Part shown: positions 34,767 to 44,529 of the stretch, in pieces
Layout: each line of letters opens with the position of its first letter
Numbering within the stretch: position 1 is the stretch's first letter
The notes under the pieces: model-generated
What the model was told of the DNA's origin: nothing
Databases searched by the model: none
Seen by the model: only the letters and a program-made list of their open reading frames with translations
Origin: Picochlorum sp. SENEW3
Lineage: Eukaryota
DNA length: 64,000 bases
Direction: 5' to 3'
NCBI GenBank assembly: GCA_034226945.1
Contig: CP120454.1
Location: 868,001 to 932,000 of the forward strand
Translations under genes and position numbers: made by a program

Positions 34767-35548
34767 TTTAGGGCCAATTATAATCACAGAAATACTCTAT
34801 CCGCTCGAACTCTAGTGTTCGGTTTTCGCAGTGATCGAATGCTTCGCGTACACTTTGATCTCGTATCTGGGCTCTATCGCCTATATATAGCGAAATTAAT
34901 TGATATTGAATAGTTTAAATTGATTTTATCCACATCAGATATCTGAATTCTGTCCGTATCATATAGTTTCTTAATATAGTTGACCAGATCCCTCTTCGCG
35001 ACATATTCTGCATGAGGCGCCGGCGCCTCATCGTCTCTATGCAATCCCATCTCTTTGATCTGACTGACTGTACCAGAACAACACATGCATACTTGTCCCA
35101 AAGTGCTTTACAATTTCCAGTGTGAAAGATGCCTTGAGTGTTGAGTCCATGGCGTTTGTATCTGCAATAATACACATGCAAGCCACATGGAGCTGTGATA
35201 CATAGAATTCTTCCCAGACAATAGTAATAGTCCAGAGTGAGTCGAATCCCTCGCGTTGAAATCATATCCACTTTCGCATATGCAAAGCGGTGATGATGAG
35301 AATCATCAGGTAGCAAAGCGGGCGAGAGCATTGGAGGAAAATTTCTCTTCGGTTTCTTCATGAAGATGAATTCATCTTAAAAGGTCAAATTACGACAATT
35401 CCCAACCAACACACATGTGCTCCAGATTGATGTACACTCTAAATAAACCATCGCGTGTTCACATATATTTAATAAAGGGTTTGGTTATTGTAATATAATG
35501 CGGCATATGTAAAATAGAGCGTGTGGCTAGGAGTACAAGTTGGCTAGG

Positions 35549-37003
35549 ATGAAAGCGGCAGACGTGACGGACAGGCACACGTCAAAGACGCTCCTGTCTC
35601 ATTTGCACGAGGCTGCTCCTGTCTGTCCCGTTAATAATATAATGCCTATTTATAGATATCAGAGGTCGGCAGGGCTTGCATTGAGGCAGGCGGAGGAATA
35701 TCGGAGGGAGAAGAGAAAGGAACAGGAATACGTTATGCTCTTGAGGTTTGTAAATTTGGTATTGAAGACGATACCAGAGCATGCAGACTATAAATCTAAT
35801 AATACGATATCAAAGGCTCTGAATAACGAGGTAGCGGTGGCGTTGACGGAGTTGGAGAAGCTGAAGAAGGAGTTCAAGAATAGGACAGTGGTGGTGAACG
35901 CGGAGGCTCCGTTTACGCCTCGGCGGGTGACGCATGCGGTGAAAATGCAAAAAGGGCATATTCCGGGGTTGCACTGGGATCGTGGTGGTGGGAAAGAGGA
36001 TGTAGGTATGAGTCAGGAAGATGTGGCATCTTTGGAGATGTTGGGTACGGATGCGTGGGATCAGAAGCAGAAGCCTCGGGTTGAGGAGAAAACAGAGAAG
36101 ACGTTGCTTATGCCGCATATGAAGAGTATTGTAGAGTCATTGCCTCCAGATCGGAGTTCTGTGATACGAGACAAGCATGTGTTGATGTCTCAGATGCCCA
36201 AGGATGTTCCAAAGTATGATCAAGGGAAGGCCTCTGAGTCTGCTAGTAGGCTGTATCCTGACCCAAGGGCGATGGTTCAACTAGGTCCCCAAGAATTACG
36301 CGTTACGGAGCAGGCTATGCCGACAGAGATGCCTCGTCCAGGGGATTCGTGCTCTTCGATGCCTCATCCAGTGGAATTGCCGGCCCCAGAGCTGCATGAC
36401 AGGAGCCAGATGGAGTTGAAGAGCACACCAGATGTGATTGAACCTCCCCGTGCAAAGGCTATGCGAGATGTTCATATTTCATGTGCGCTGATGGATGAAT
36501 TTCTGCGATATGCTGTGAGGAATACTAGGAAAGGAATAGAAACATGCGGTATATTGGCAGGCAAATTGTCGACGGATGAAGGAACTTTTGTCATATCAGC
36601 GCTGATTGTCCCAAAGCAGGAGGGAACCACAGACACGGTCACTGCCCTGGCCGAGGAGGAAATTTTTGAAGCACAAGATTCTAGATCATTGTATCCGCTA
36701 GGGTGGATTCATACTCATCCCACGCAGACGTGCTTTTTATCGTCAGTGGATGTCCATACCCAGTGTGGGTACCAAACCATGCTGGATGAAGCCATTGCCA
36801 TTGTCATGGCTCCAACTGATGCGAATTCTCCAGTGGGCATTTTCAGGCTCACGACACCAGGGGGGCTTAAACTTATCCAGAACTGCCCCTTGCGAGGATT
36901 CCATACGCATCCACCGACGGAGACTGGTCAGCAGCTGTATGAATTGTGCAACCATGTCTACCTCAATTCTAGGATCGGGTATGAAGTGATTGATTTGAGA
37001 TGA
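35549..37003 (+). CDS. AMSH: AMSH-like deubiquitinase (N-terminal MIT/USP8-dimer domain + JAMM)
   Basis: ETCGILAG, LGWIHTHPTQTCFLSSVDVHTQ (JAMM motif), IAIVMAP; N-terminal YVMLLRF...TIPEHADY. Confidence 0.93.
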   Translation: MKAADVTDRHTSKTLLSHLHEAAPVCPVNNIMPIYRYQRSAGLALRQAEEYRREKRKEQEYVMLLRFVNLVLKTIPEHADYKSNNTISKALNNEVAVALTELEKLKKEFKNRTVVVNAEAPFTPRRVTHAVKMQKGHIPGLHWDRGGGKEDVGMSQEDVASLEMLGTDAWDQKQKPRVEEKTEKTLLMPHMKSIVESLPPDRSSVIRDKHVLMSQMPKDVPKYDQGKASESASRLYPDPRAMVQLGPQELRVTEQAMPTEMPRPGDSCSSMPHPVELPAPELHDRSQMELKSTPDVIEPPRAKAMRDVHISCALMDEFLRYAVRNTRKGIETCGILAGKLSTDEGTFVISALIVPKQEGTTDTVTALAEEEIFEAQDSRSLYPLGWIHTHPTQTCFLSSVDVHTQCGYQTMLDEAIAIVMAPTDANSPVGIFRLTTPGGLKLIQNCPLRGFHTHPPTETGQQLYELCNHVYLNSRIGYEVIDLR

Positions 37004-37080
37004 TACGAATGCATCCTTTACAAAAATTTCATGTGGTTTCATCGTCACGTAATCAAATTATTGGTTGTTTGCTCTATTAT

Positions 37081-38424
37081 CTATTTTCCCTTGATAATTG
37101 CATCGACAGTAGCTTTACTGGAAGGAGGAGCCAAATACTGTGCCTGGACAAACGCCCGCTGGGCATCTGCTGGTCTACCTTCTTGTTGTAGCAAAAGTCC
37201 GCGGCCCAAGAACGGTCTGAAATCCTCTGGATGCTGATTACACAGCTCTTCGTAGATTTTCAGGGCATTTGGAACATGCCCTTTCCATTGAGCATACAAT
37301 TTCGCTTGCAGCATGCCTAATTCAACATCTCCAAGTTCGGGAGACGCAGTGGCGCTGGCAGAAGCCCTCAGTGCAGCAACTTCCTCTATAGCATCCTTTT
37401 GCTTTCCAGATTGCATCAACGAATCCGTCAACAATGTTAATATCTCAATATTTGATGATTTTGATGCTGCAAATGCTTTTCGAAAGTTCTCGGTAGCCTT
37501 GGCAGCATTTCCCTGCGCTGCATATGTCTCTCCAAGCACGCGAAGGGCATCCTGGTCATCTGATCTGGCAGCGACAAGTTTCTCCAGTCTCAAAGATGCC
37601 TCTTTAAAATCTCCTAATTGCGTTTTAAGAACTGCTGAAGATTCCAAAGCTTCCAAATCATCCGGATTCTCGGTCAAGCGAGACTCCATTTTCTCAAGCT
37701 CTGCCTCCACATCCTTCTTCTGCTCTGGGCTGAGTGCAACAGCAGCTCCCTGTGACTGCCGTTTCGTCGCATACCCTAATTCACTACCCCCGTTCGCAAC
37801 AAGGAAAATACCGATGAGCAACAATGATAATGCCCCGAGAACCACCTGGCTCGGTCCAAATGATCCTTCCTCTGCTGCACTCGTCTTTCGAACCTCCTTT
37901 GAGCTGTTTGTATCAAACAATGTTGATGTCAATGGAGGAGGATTATCATAGTTTGGTCGTAAAATATCATTGGAAGCGCGATTCTCTGCCTCTAACTTTG
38001 CCTTTTGGACCTCAGAGGTCTTCTCCAATTCTTTCAAGCGCTTTTCAAAGTCGACATTAGCCTGAATCTCCTCAGCAGACACAAACTCCTCCACCTTGAC
38101 TTGATCAAACGGCGCAGGCTCCCGACTCCTTTGCTCCACTCCACCAGCCATTTGTGGTGACGATGTCTCTTTCTGTGACTTTTTCGCCTTTCTACCACCC
38201 TTTTTGCCCTTCTTCTCTGACGCCGGCTTCCCAGTTGACTGCGAAAATCCCTTCCCTGCTGACGACGCGACAACCATGCCCATTCTACCAAGCAAACAAG
38301 TACATCTATACTGCATTGGAGATAATCGCACTGCGTAGGATGATCCAGGGAGCGGGTGGCGGGTCCATCCTCTTCTGGAACTGCCACACAGGTGAGTCGA
38401 GCTACTGTTCGAGACAAGATTCAT
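37081..38424 (-). CDS. Plastid-targeted TPR protein with one transmembrane segment
   Basis: Transit peptide, hydrophobic VVLGALSLLLIGIFLVA, TPR-like repeats (ALRVLGETYAAQG..KA, PEDFRPFLGRGLLLQQEG). Confidence 0.75.
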   Translation of the reverse strand: MNLVSNSSSTHLCGSSRRGWTRHPLPGSSYAVRLSPMQYRCTCLLGRMGMVVASSAGKGFSQSTGKPASEKKGKKGGRKAKKSQKETSSPQMAGGVEQRSREPAPFDQVKVEEFVSAEEIQANVDFEKRLKELEKTSEVQKAKLEAENRASNDILRPNYDNPPPLTSTLFDTNSSKEVRKTSAAEEGSFGPSQVVLGALSLLLIGIFLVANGGSELGYATKRQSQGAAVALSPEQKKDVEAELEKMESRLTENPDDLEALESSAVLKTQLGDFKEASLRLEKLVAARSDDQDALRVLGETYAAQGNAAKATENFRKAFAASKSSNIEILTLLTDSLMQSGKQKDAIEEVAALRASASATASPELGDVELGMLQAKLYAQWKGHVPNALKIYEELCNQHPEDFRPFLGRGLLLQQEGRPADAQRAFVQAQYLAPPSSKATVDAIIKGK

Positions 38425-38530
38425 TCTATAAACCTCCAGCGTCAGTAGTACCCTGTTATTAATGCACTACTGGTAATAATAAGAAAATTCAACGGTGTTT
38501 ACGGTGGCGCGATGTTACATGAATACATGA

Positions 38531-39329
38531 TCAATGCTTTCGAATCTTCAAGGGCCATCCTGGGAATTTGGCATTCCAGTAGGCAATCCCATATTGTTCC
38601 AATGTTCTCTGAGAATCCTCCAAATTCTTACCCGCGTATGAGAATTTCTGCAATGCTGGAATAATACCAGCCTTGTCCTGCACGATAGCATAACAGGCAT
38701 CATGAAAACTCTTCTGTATAAAGGGGAACACATCAAAGACTATGCACGCACCATGATGACTTTTCTCAACTCCTCAATCCTCATCTTTGGACTGACATGC
38801 AATACAAATGGACCACCAGAATGTTTTCCAGTGCTTTTATCCACCTTTTCACCGTATTCATCTGATGTATGAAGGTCAGAGATGACTGGAAGGGCGATTG
38901 TTGGCAATCCTTTGTATTTGTCTCCTTGGGCTACATATCCATGAGGAATACCAGTCTCATATGCCTTTTGCCTGTCTGCCTCTGCCTGCTCATTGGTAGG
39001 GTTGTACATCGGCTTCCATTCTACATACAATTCATAGAGAACATGAGCAATATACCGTATAGATGGACTAGATTGTTGCGTGGCGTACCTGACAGCTGTC
39101 CACCATCAGCTTGCATCACTGGCACATACTTCTCATCATCGTTGTAGAAGGGATAGTTATTGGGAGGCACATTGACGAAACCTGTCCTTCCTGTACCAGG
39201 AGTAGGATTATACTTGGATACAGCGTCCATGGAGCTCTCGAGTTCTGGATACGATGCTTTGAGGCTCTCAATCTCCTCCTTGCTCCACGCTGCTGGAGGA
39301 GCATCCGTAATCATTGCAGATACAGTCAT
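38531..39329 (-). CDS. Hypothetical 218-aa protein with C-terminal ubiquitin-like domain; 3 exons (introns 39021-39088, 38678-38751)
   Basis: Spliced LHVSPKMRIEELRKVIM|DKAGIIPALQKFSYAGKNLEDSQRTLEQYGI aligns by eye to ubiquitin [47 protein letters not shown]. Confidence 0.75.
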
Positions 39330-39785
39330 CGCAGGTGTGTATACTCGAATATAATAATTGTCCTGGTATCCATGGAATGCACGTTAAGTATCTTGTGATT
39401 GTCTATGGACCACAGTTGCAATCGACAACGTACCGGTCAACGCTCCTCGTCTCGCTCGACTTCTTCACGACGACGCTCGAATCTATACCTGTGTGACGTA
39501 TTAATATAATTTAATACTTTATTTCGACCAATCATGTGCTTTGGAGTGTTGTTTGTTGCCTCATCATGGAGAAGACTGGTGTCTGGTCTCCATGTTCGAG
39601 TTCGACATGGATGATCCCATGGAACCACTTGCTGGATGGGCACATGCATGCACGTGTCATACCAAACTTTGAAATTTACAAATGTACAGTGTCAGTCCAG
39701 AAAAAATACACAGGAGGAAAAAAAATGCAACTCTGAGTATCTATCAATCCTCATATACCGTATAGCGTATCCCACTAAAAAAATT

Positions 39786-40631
39786 TTAGTAAAGCGAGAA
39801 TAACAGCAACGTCAATGGGCCACCACGACTCTGGTGCTCATCATCAACATGATCATCAATCTCCCGAGGGCAAGGCCTAGGCTGGCCCCACATTGGTTCT
39901 TGCCACGACACCAGTGCAGACATGACGGAGAAACATGGTGGCTTCGATGCAAGTCTTTCAACACACCACTCGGTCAGATCGTGTTTGAATGCGGACGCCC
40001 CGGCAAACATGGCAGCCATGTTTGTCACATGGCGTGTGTTCCATGACGCAATGTCCTGGTCAAAGGAGCTGGCCCCAGTAAACATAAATCTCATATTCAC
40101 CACGTTCTCTGTATTCCATGAACCAATATCCTGGTTGAAAGAAGAAGCATCGTAAAACAATCCCGACATATCTCTAACATTGCCAGTATTCCAGGAAGAA
40201 ATATCTTGAGAGAAGGAGGATGCACGCCAGAAAAGGCCTGACATGTTTGCAACACTGCTTGTGTCCCATGACCCAATGGGCTCGTTGAATGCATCAGCAT
40301 TCCAAAACAATGTGGATATGTCTGTTATCCCACTCGTACACGTCCGTGACAATTCAGGCCAGAGCTCTCTCCTTGACGCAAGGTATCGAAGTCCCTTCTC
40401 ATCTCGCTTGGTGTACCTGACACCCCCAATCGGCGCAGACTCGTCTCCGACACGGGCATCTTCACATAGTACAGTTATTCCATTCGCTGCCAACGAAAAT
40501 TGCCGGTGCCAAACCAAAGAATACAGAGTTTCGGGATGAAACGGGCTTGTGCGGGCGGAGGCTCCCGAGGAACCTACCACGACGACAGCTACTGCTACAG
40601 CCACCGACAGGCGCAGATAGACATGTGCCAT
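39786..40631 (-). CDS. Secreted DUF285/BspA-type surface repeat protein
   Basis: Signal peptide; about 4 repeats of ~25 aa, FNQDIGSWNTENVVNMRFMFTGASS; intronless. Confidence 0.88.
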   Translation of the reverse strand: MAHVYLRLSVAVAVAVVVVGSSGASARTSPFHPETLYSLVWHRQFSLAANGITVLCEDARVGDESAPIGGVRYTKRDEKGLRYLASRRELWPELSRTCTSGITDISTLFWNADAFNEPIGSWDTSSVANMSGLFWRASSFSQDISSWNTGNVRDMSGLFYDASSFNQDIGSWNTENVVNMRFMFTGASSFDQDIASWNTRHVTNMAAMFAGASAFKHDLTEWCVERLASKPPCFSVMSALVSWQEPMWGQPRPCPREIDDHVDDEHQSRGGPLTLLLFSLY

Positions 40632-41562
40632 ATAATTATTATTTGATCTCTCGATGAGACGGTTGATATAGACGATGCGCACAGGATGCAAACAGCGTTA
40701 GGGTGCTGAGATATTCCGTACAGATATTCAGGAGCCTGTCGTCTCCACAAAAGCTTCAAGCAATATGTATAACAATTCTTGCAGGTTATATGTACACGTA
40801 GCAAGTAAATTCTACACAACCCGAGTAGACCTATACTTGTTTATAGTTGTTATCGATAGGCGGCAGCTTCTTAACAGTTTCCACCTACCTATCAATCGAT
40901 AGCCATTGATGGGAATGATTGATGGTGGCCACGTTCTCTGGATCCAGGATCAAAAACCCTCGTGTGATGCAGGATTCAATGGACATGAACATGCATGAAT
41001 GACATCGCAGTGACATGTATGTTCACTTGAGATGGTAGAACTGACTGTATCCTTCTTCTGCTAGGGTTGGGTATGACGGAGAGGGAGAAATACAGACTGA
41101 CCACTCGTTGGGATGAAACCAGGGCATGGATGTGTACTAATTACGGAGACCACAGCCTTGTTGTTCGAGTTATGTAGAGAACGAGCTCGTGGGGGAAACA
41201 TTTTTTAAAGACAAATGCCATATGGATACTGCCGCATCAGTCTGAGTGGAGGTACATGTCTATGGCGGATGTGGTTGGTCCGCTGAGCTCGATTGGAATT
41301 TTCTTCTTTTTGGATCGCGACTTGTTGAATCTCGCTGTGAGGTGTATGTAGATCCAGAAATACTATACGATACCATTATGTATAGTTGAATATATATTGT
41401 CTCGGTTTGCATGTTATAGAGCGAGTTTGTGGTTTGAAATTCTTTGTTTTTATCTTCTTCTGCTCTCTGAGGTGCTGGTGTTTTCTTAGGAGACTGCTAG
41501 GATAGGAGAAGGACTACGTCCCGCAGAGTTGCATTGCCATCATTCATTTGAACAGCACAAGT

Positions 41563-43312
41563 ATGGGTGACAAGATGAATGCCCAACAAGGGGATGATGA
41601 TGGTGTTGTGGACCAGCAGCAGAAGCTTTCTTCTCCAATGCCATTCTCAGAGTTTTTGGAGAAGATGAAGGATCCCAAGGCAGCTGACCTCGTGAGAATG
41701 ATTAAAAATTTTATACGAGACTTTGAGCGAGCAAAGAAATCGGATCAGGGGAGTGATGTGGCACAAGATGGCGTCAAGGTGCAGGAATTCATCAGGTATA
41801 TGGAAGGTGTGTTTTTCCAGCATCCTGTATGGAAGGATTGCAGCACAGAGGAGGTGTCAGAACACGCGGTAGAGGGATTAGAAAAGTACATCATGTCTAA
41901 GATTTGGACGCAAACGTTTGGAGTGTCTATAGAGGACAAGGATAAGGATGAGAGGTATCAGCGGCTCTGTGATGCGCTTGGGTTTGTCGACTTGAATACG
42001 CTGATGAAGGGAGGTGATGACGGGGAGGGTGATGTGAGTGTGCTTGTCGGGGATTATTTGGTTCGAGCGACAGAACATGTGCTCAAAATGGATCGATATA
42101 AGGCTCCCAGGGACAAATTGCTGTGTCTTGTGAATGTGAAGACATTGATTGAAGAAGGGATCTTGTATGCGCATTCTCAGGGTCATGACTCTCTTGGTGG
42201 TGCGGATGCGTTTTTTCCCATGCTCTTGTTTGTTGTTATTCAGGCAAAGCCACCTTCTTTGGCCAGTAATATAGAGTATATTCGAAGGTTCCGAGGGAAT
42301 AGGCTGTCAGGACAGTTTGATTTTCTCCTGTCCAACTTGGAGTCTGTGGCCATGTATTTGGATACTGTTGCATGGCAGGATTTGAATATTTCCGAGGATG
42401 AATTTCTAGCACGCTTAGCAAAGGCAGGAATTCCCGAGGCGGAGATGCAGCTTCAAAATCAAGAAGCTCAACTCGCTACTGGAGATTATGATACACAGGC
42501 AAAAAAGGTACCTGATGCATTAATTGATGTTGGGCAAGATATCCCAGTGCCTAATGAAGGTCCAGGCCGCATCGTTGTTCCTCAAAATATGATATCTGAA
42601 GACATCTTATCTCCAGTGAATGAAAAATCTCCATATTTGCATGGAACGGATGATGCCATGGGCACGAGTGATCAGAAAAAGGTGAAACGGGAAGAGTTCA
42701 ACTCTATCAAAGCACTGATAGAGGAAGGAACACCTTTAGTATTGCATGAAGAAAGCGAAGGGCGGCTTCATCAGAAATATCCGTGGATTTATGCAAACGC
42801 TGAAGATTTGCGCGTGGTACGATCCGTGATGGCACAGGCATGGATACATGCAATAGGTATCTAATCGTTTTCATTGTCATGTCCAGGGTGAAGTGACACA
42901 ATTGTTGTCAGATTATCGTGATCTTGTTTTGAAACATGAAGCACTAAGACTAGCACTGGAAGATCAGCTTCCGATCCGCGCAGACTTGTGCGTGGGTGCC
43001 CCAAACAATACAAGCGTGGAAGACACTGACACGAATAAACAAAGTGTCTCAGCTGCTGCTGGCTCACTGATGCAAAAACTTAGTCTCTATGGGGCGTGGA
43101 GACGAGGAAATACCGAGGCATCTTCTGGTGAAGAATCGTCCCAGCAATCTACGCTATTACACTCGCTTTTTGGGCGATCACAGCGTGATTCAGACGCCGC
43201 GGGCGCAAGTGATGATGGACCACAACAGGAGACAGTCCACACTAGCATTGACAATCAACAGCAGCAGCAGCATGACAATGAGAATCCAAAGCAGCCTGAA
43301 TCCCTTATTTAA
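41563..43312 (+). CDS. VPS9: VPS9 (Rab5 GEF); 2 exons (intron 42817-42886)
   Basis: FLEKMKDPKAADLV, EGLEKYIM, YKAPRDKL, GADAFFP, LASNIEYI; YPWIYA...|LL..Y..LV.K C-terminal motif. Confidence 0.92.
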
Positions 43313-43338
43313 TATACCATAGTAGTTGATCAATTGTA

Positions 43339-43989
43339 ATGGATCAAGAAGATTTATTTGATGCTGCAGCGACATATGTTGCAGCAACGACTGCAGAAGA
43401 AGGACCAAGTCCCAGCCTGTCTTCAGACACCTTACTAGAACTCTACGGTCTCTATAAACAAGCCACAGTTGGCGAATGCACTATTAAAAAACCTTCAATT
43501 TTTGATTTTAGAGGAAGATCAAAGTTTGATGCCTGGTTCAAACTCGGCAAGCTGTCAAAAGCGGAGGCGCAGGCCCGCTACGTTGACGTCCTCACGAGCA
43601 AGGTACCAGATTGGTCTGCATCGTCCCTAAAGGAATCCAAGGCTGTTGGCGGCGGCGCAGGCCCTGTATTTAGCACGATGACAGAAGACCCTATTCCCGA
43701 TACTCAAGGGGCCGACTATCCAGCAATCATTAGAGCCACGCAGGAGGGACAGATGCACACAGTTGAGGAGATTTTGGAGCACAATTCAAACGCTGTGCAT
43801 GACACAGATGAAGAAGGCTGCACTGCCCTTCATTGGGCAGCTGATAAAGGGAATAGAGATATTGTAGAGATGTTAATTCGCCATGGTGCCGACATGTCAG
43901 CAAAAGACGTGGATGGGTTGACCCCATACAACTATGCAGAATTATCAGACAATACATTCCTTACAGATATACTCACAGATGAAAAATAG
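43339..43989 (+). CDS. ACBP: Acyl-CoA-binding protein with ankyrin repeats
   Basis: LELYGLYKQATVG...KP.IFD..GR.KF.AW; ankyrin TALHWAADKG..IVEMLIRHGAD. Confidence 0.92.
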   Translation: MDQEDLFDAAATYVAATTAEEGPSPSLSSDTLLELYGLYKQATVGECTIKKPSIFDFRGRSKFDAWFKLGKLSKAEAQARYVDVLTSKVPDWSASSLKESKAVGGGAGPVFSTMTEDPIPDTQGADYPAIIRATQEGQMHTVEEILEHNSNAVHDTDEEGCTALHWAADKGNRDIVEMLIRHGADMSAKDVDGLTPYNYAELSDNTFLTDILTDEK

Positions 43990-44020
43990 ATACACACGAG
44001 CAAATGCAATATATATATTT

Positions 44021-44496
44021 CTATGATTGATTCTCCGGCTTCCCAGCAGGAGCATCCGTTTGCGATTTCATGAATTTCTCATAATCCTCTCCAATCTGCA
44101 TATAAATATTCTGCACGAGCTCAATATTGTCATTGATCTCCTGCAGCAGTGTGAAATTCTTTGCTAATGCCTCTGCCTGATGCGAGTCATGATTTGATTT
44201 AACATGGTGTAGCAGTCTCCTGCGAGATCAGTAGTATACAGTAAGCACCTTGTAATCAGAATACACACGTGTTCAAGCAAACAAACAGGGAACCCCTTGG
44301 GTTGCTCGATATGATGCAAACCCTTCGTAAGCCCTTTCACCCCAATCATCACGCACTTGTTCCGATCCAGAATATCCTGTACCCGCTCTAATTTGCAAAA
44401 GTCTGGAAACTTGTTCCTTTCGACCGAGTTGCTCCTTCCGCTACCGTCTTTCGTGGTTGCCTGAGCATTGCCGTTGTCAGCAGCTTTGGTATCCAT
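44021..44496 (-). CDS. ELF4: ELF4/DUF1313-like protein, 112 aa; 2 exons (intron 44220-44356)
   Basis: Spliced VQDILDRNK|RLLHHVKSNHDSHQAEALAKNFTLLQEINDNIELVQNIY matches the ELF4 pattern VQ..LD.NR.LI..VN.NH....L.KN..LI.ELN.NI..V...Y. Confidence 0.8.
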
Positions 44497-44529
44497 AGGA
44501 ATCGATTATATGTAAAAATAATAAATAAT

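Noticed and set aside
44220..44356. Possible C/D snoRNA in the ELF4 intron (GTGATGA ... CTGA)
   Set aside because: The C-like box starts 4 nt from the splice donor, the terminal stem is weak and I found no convincing rRNA complement
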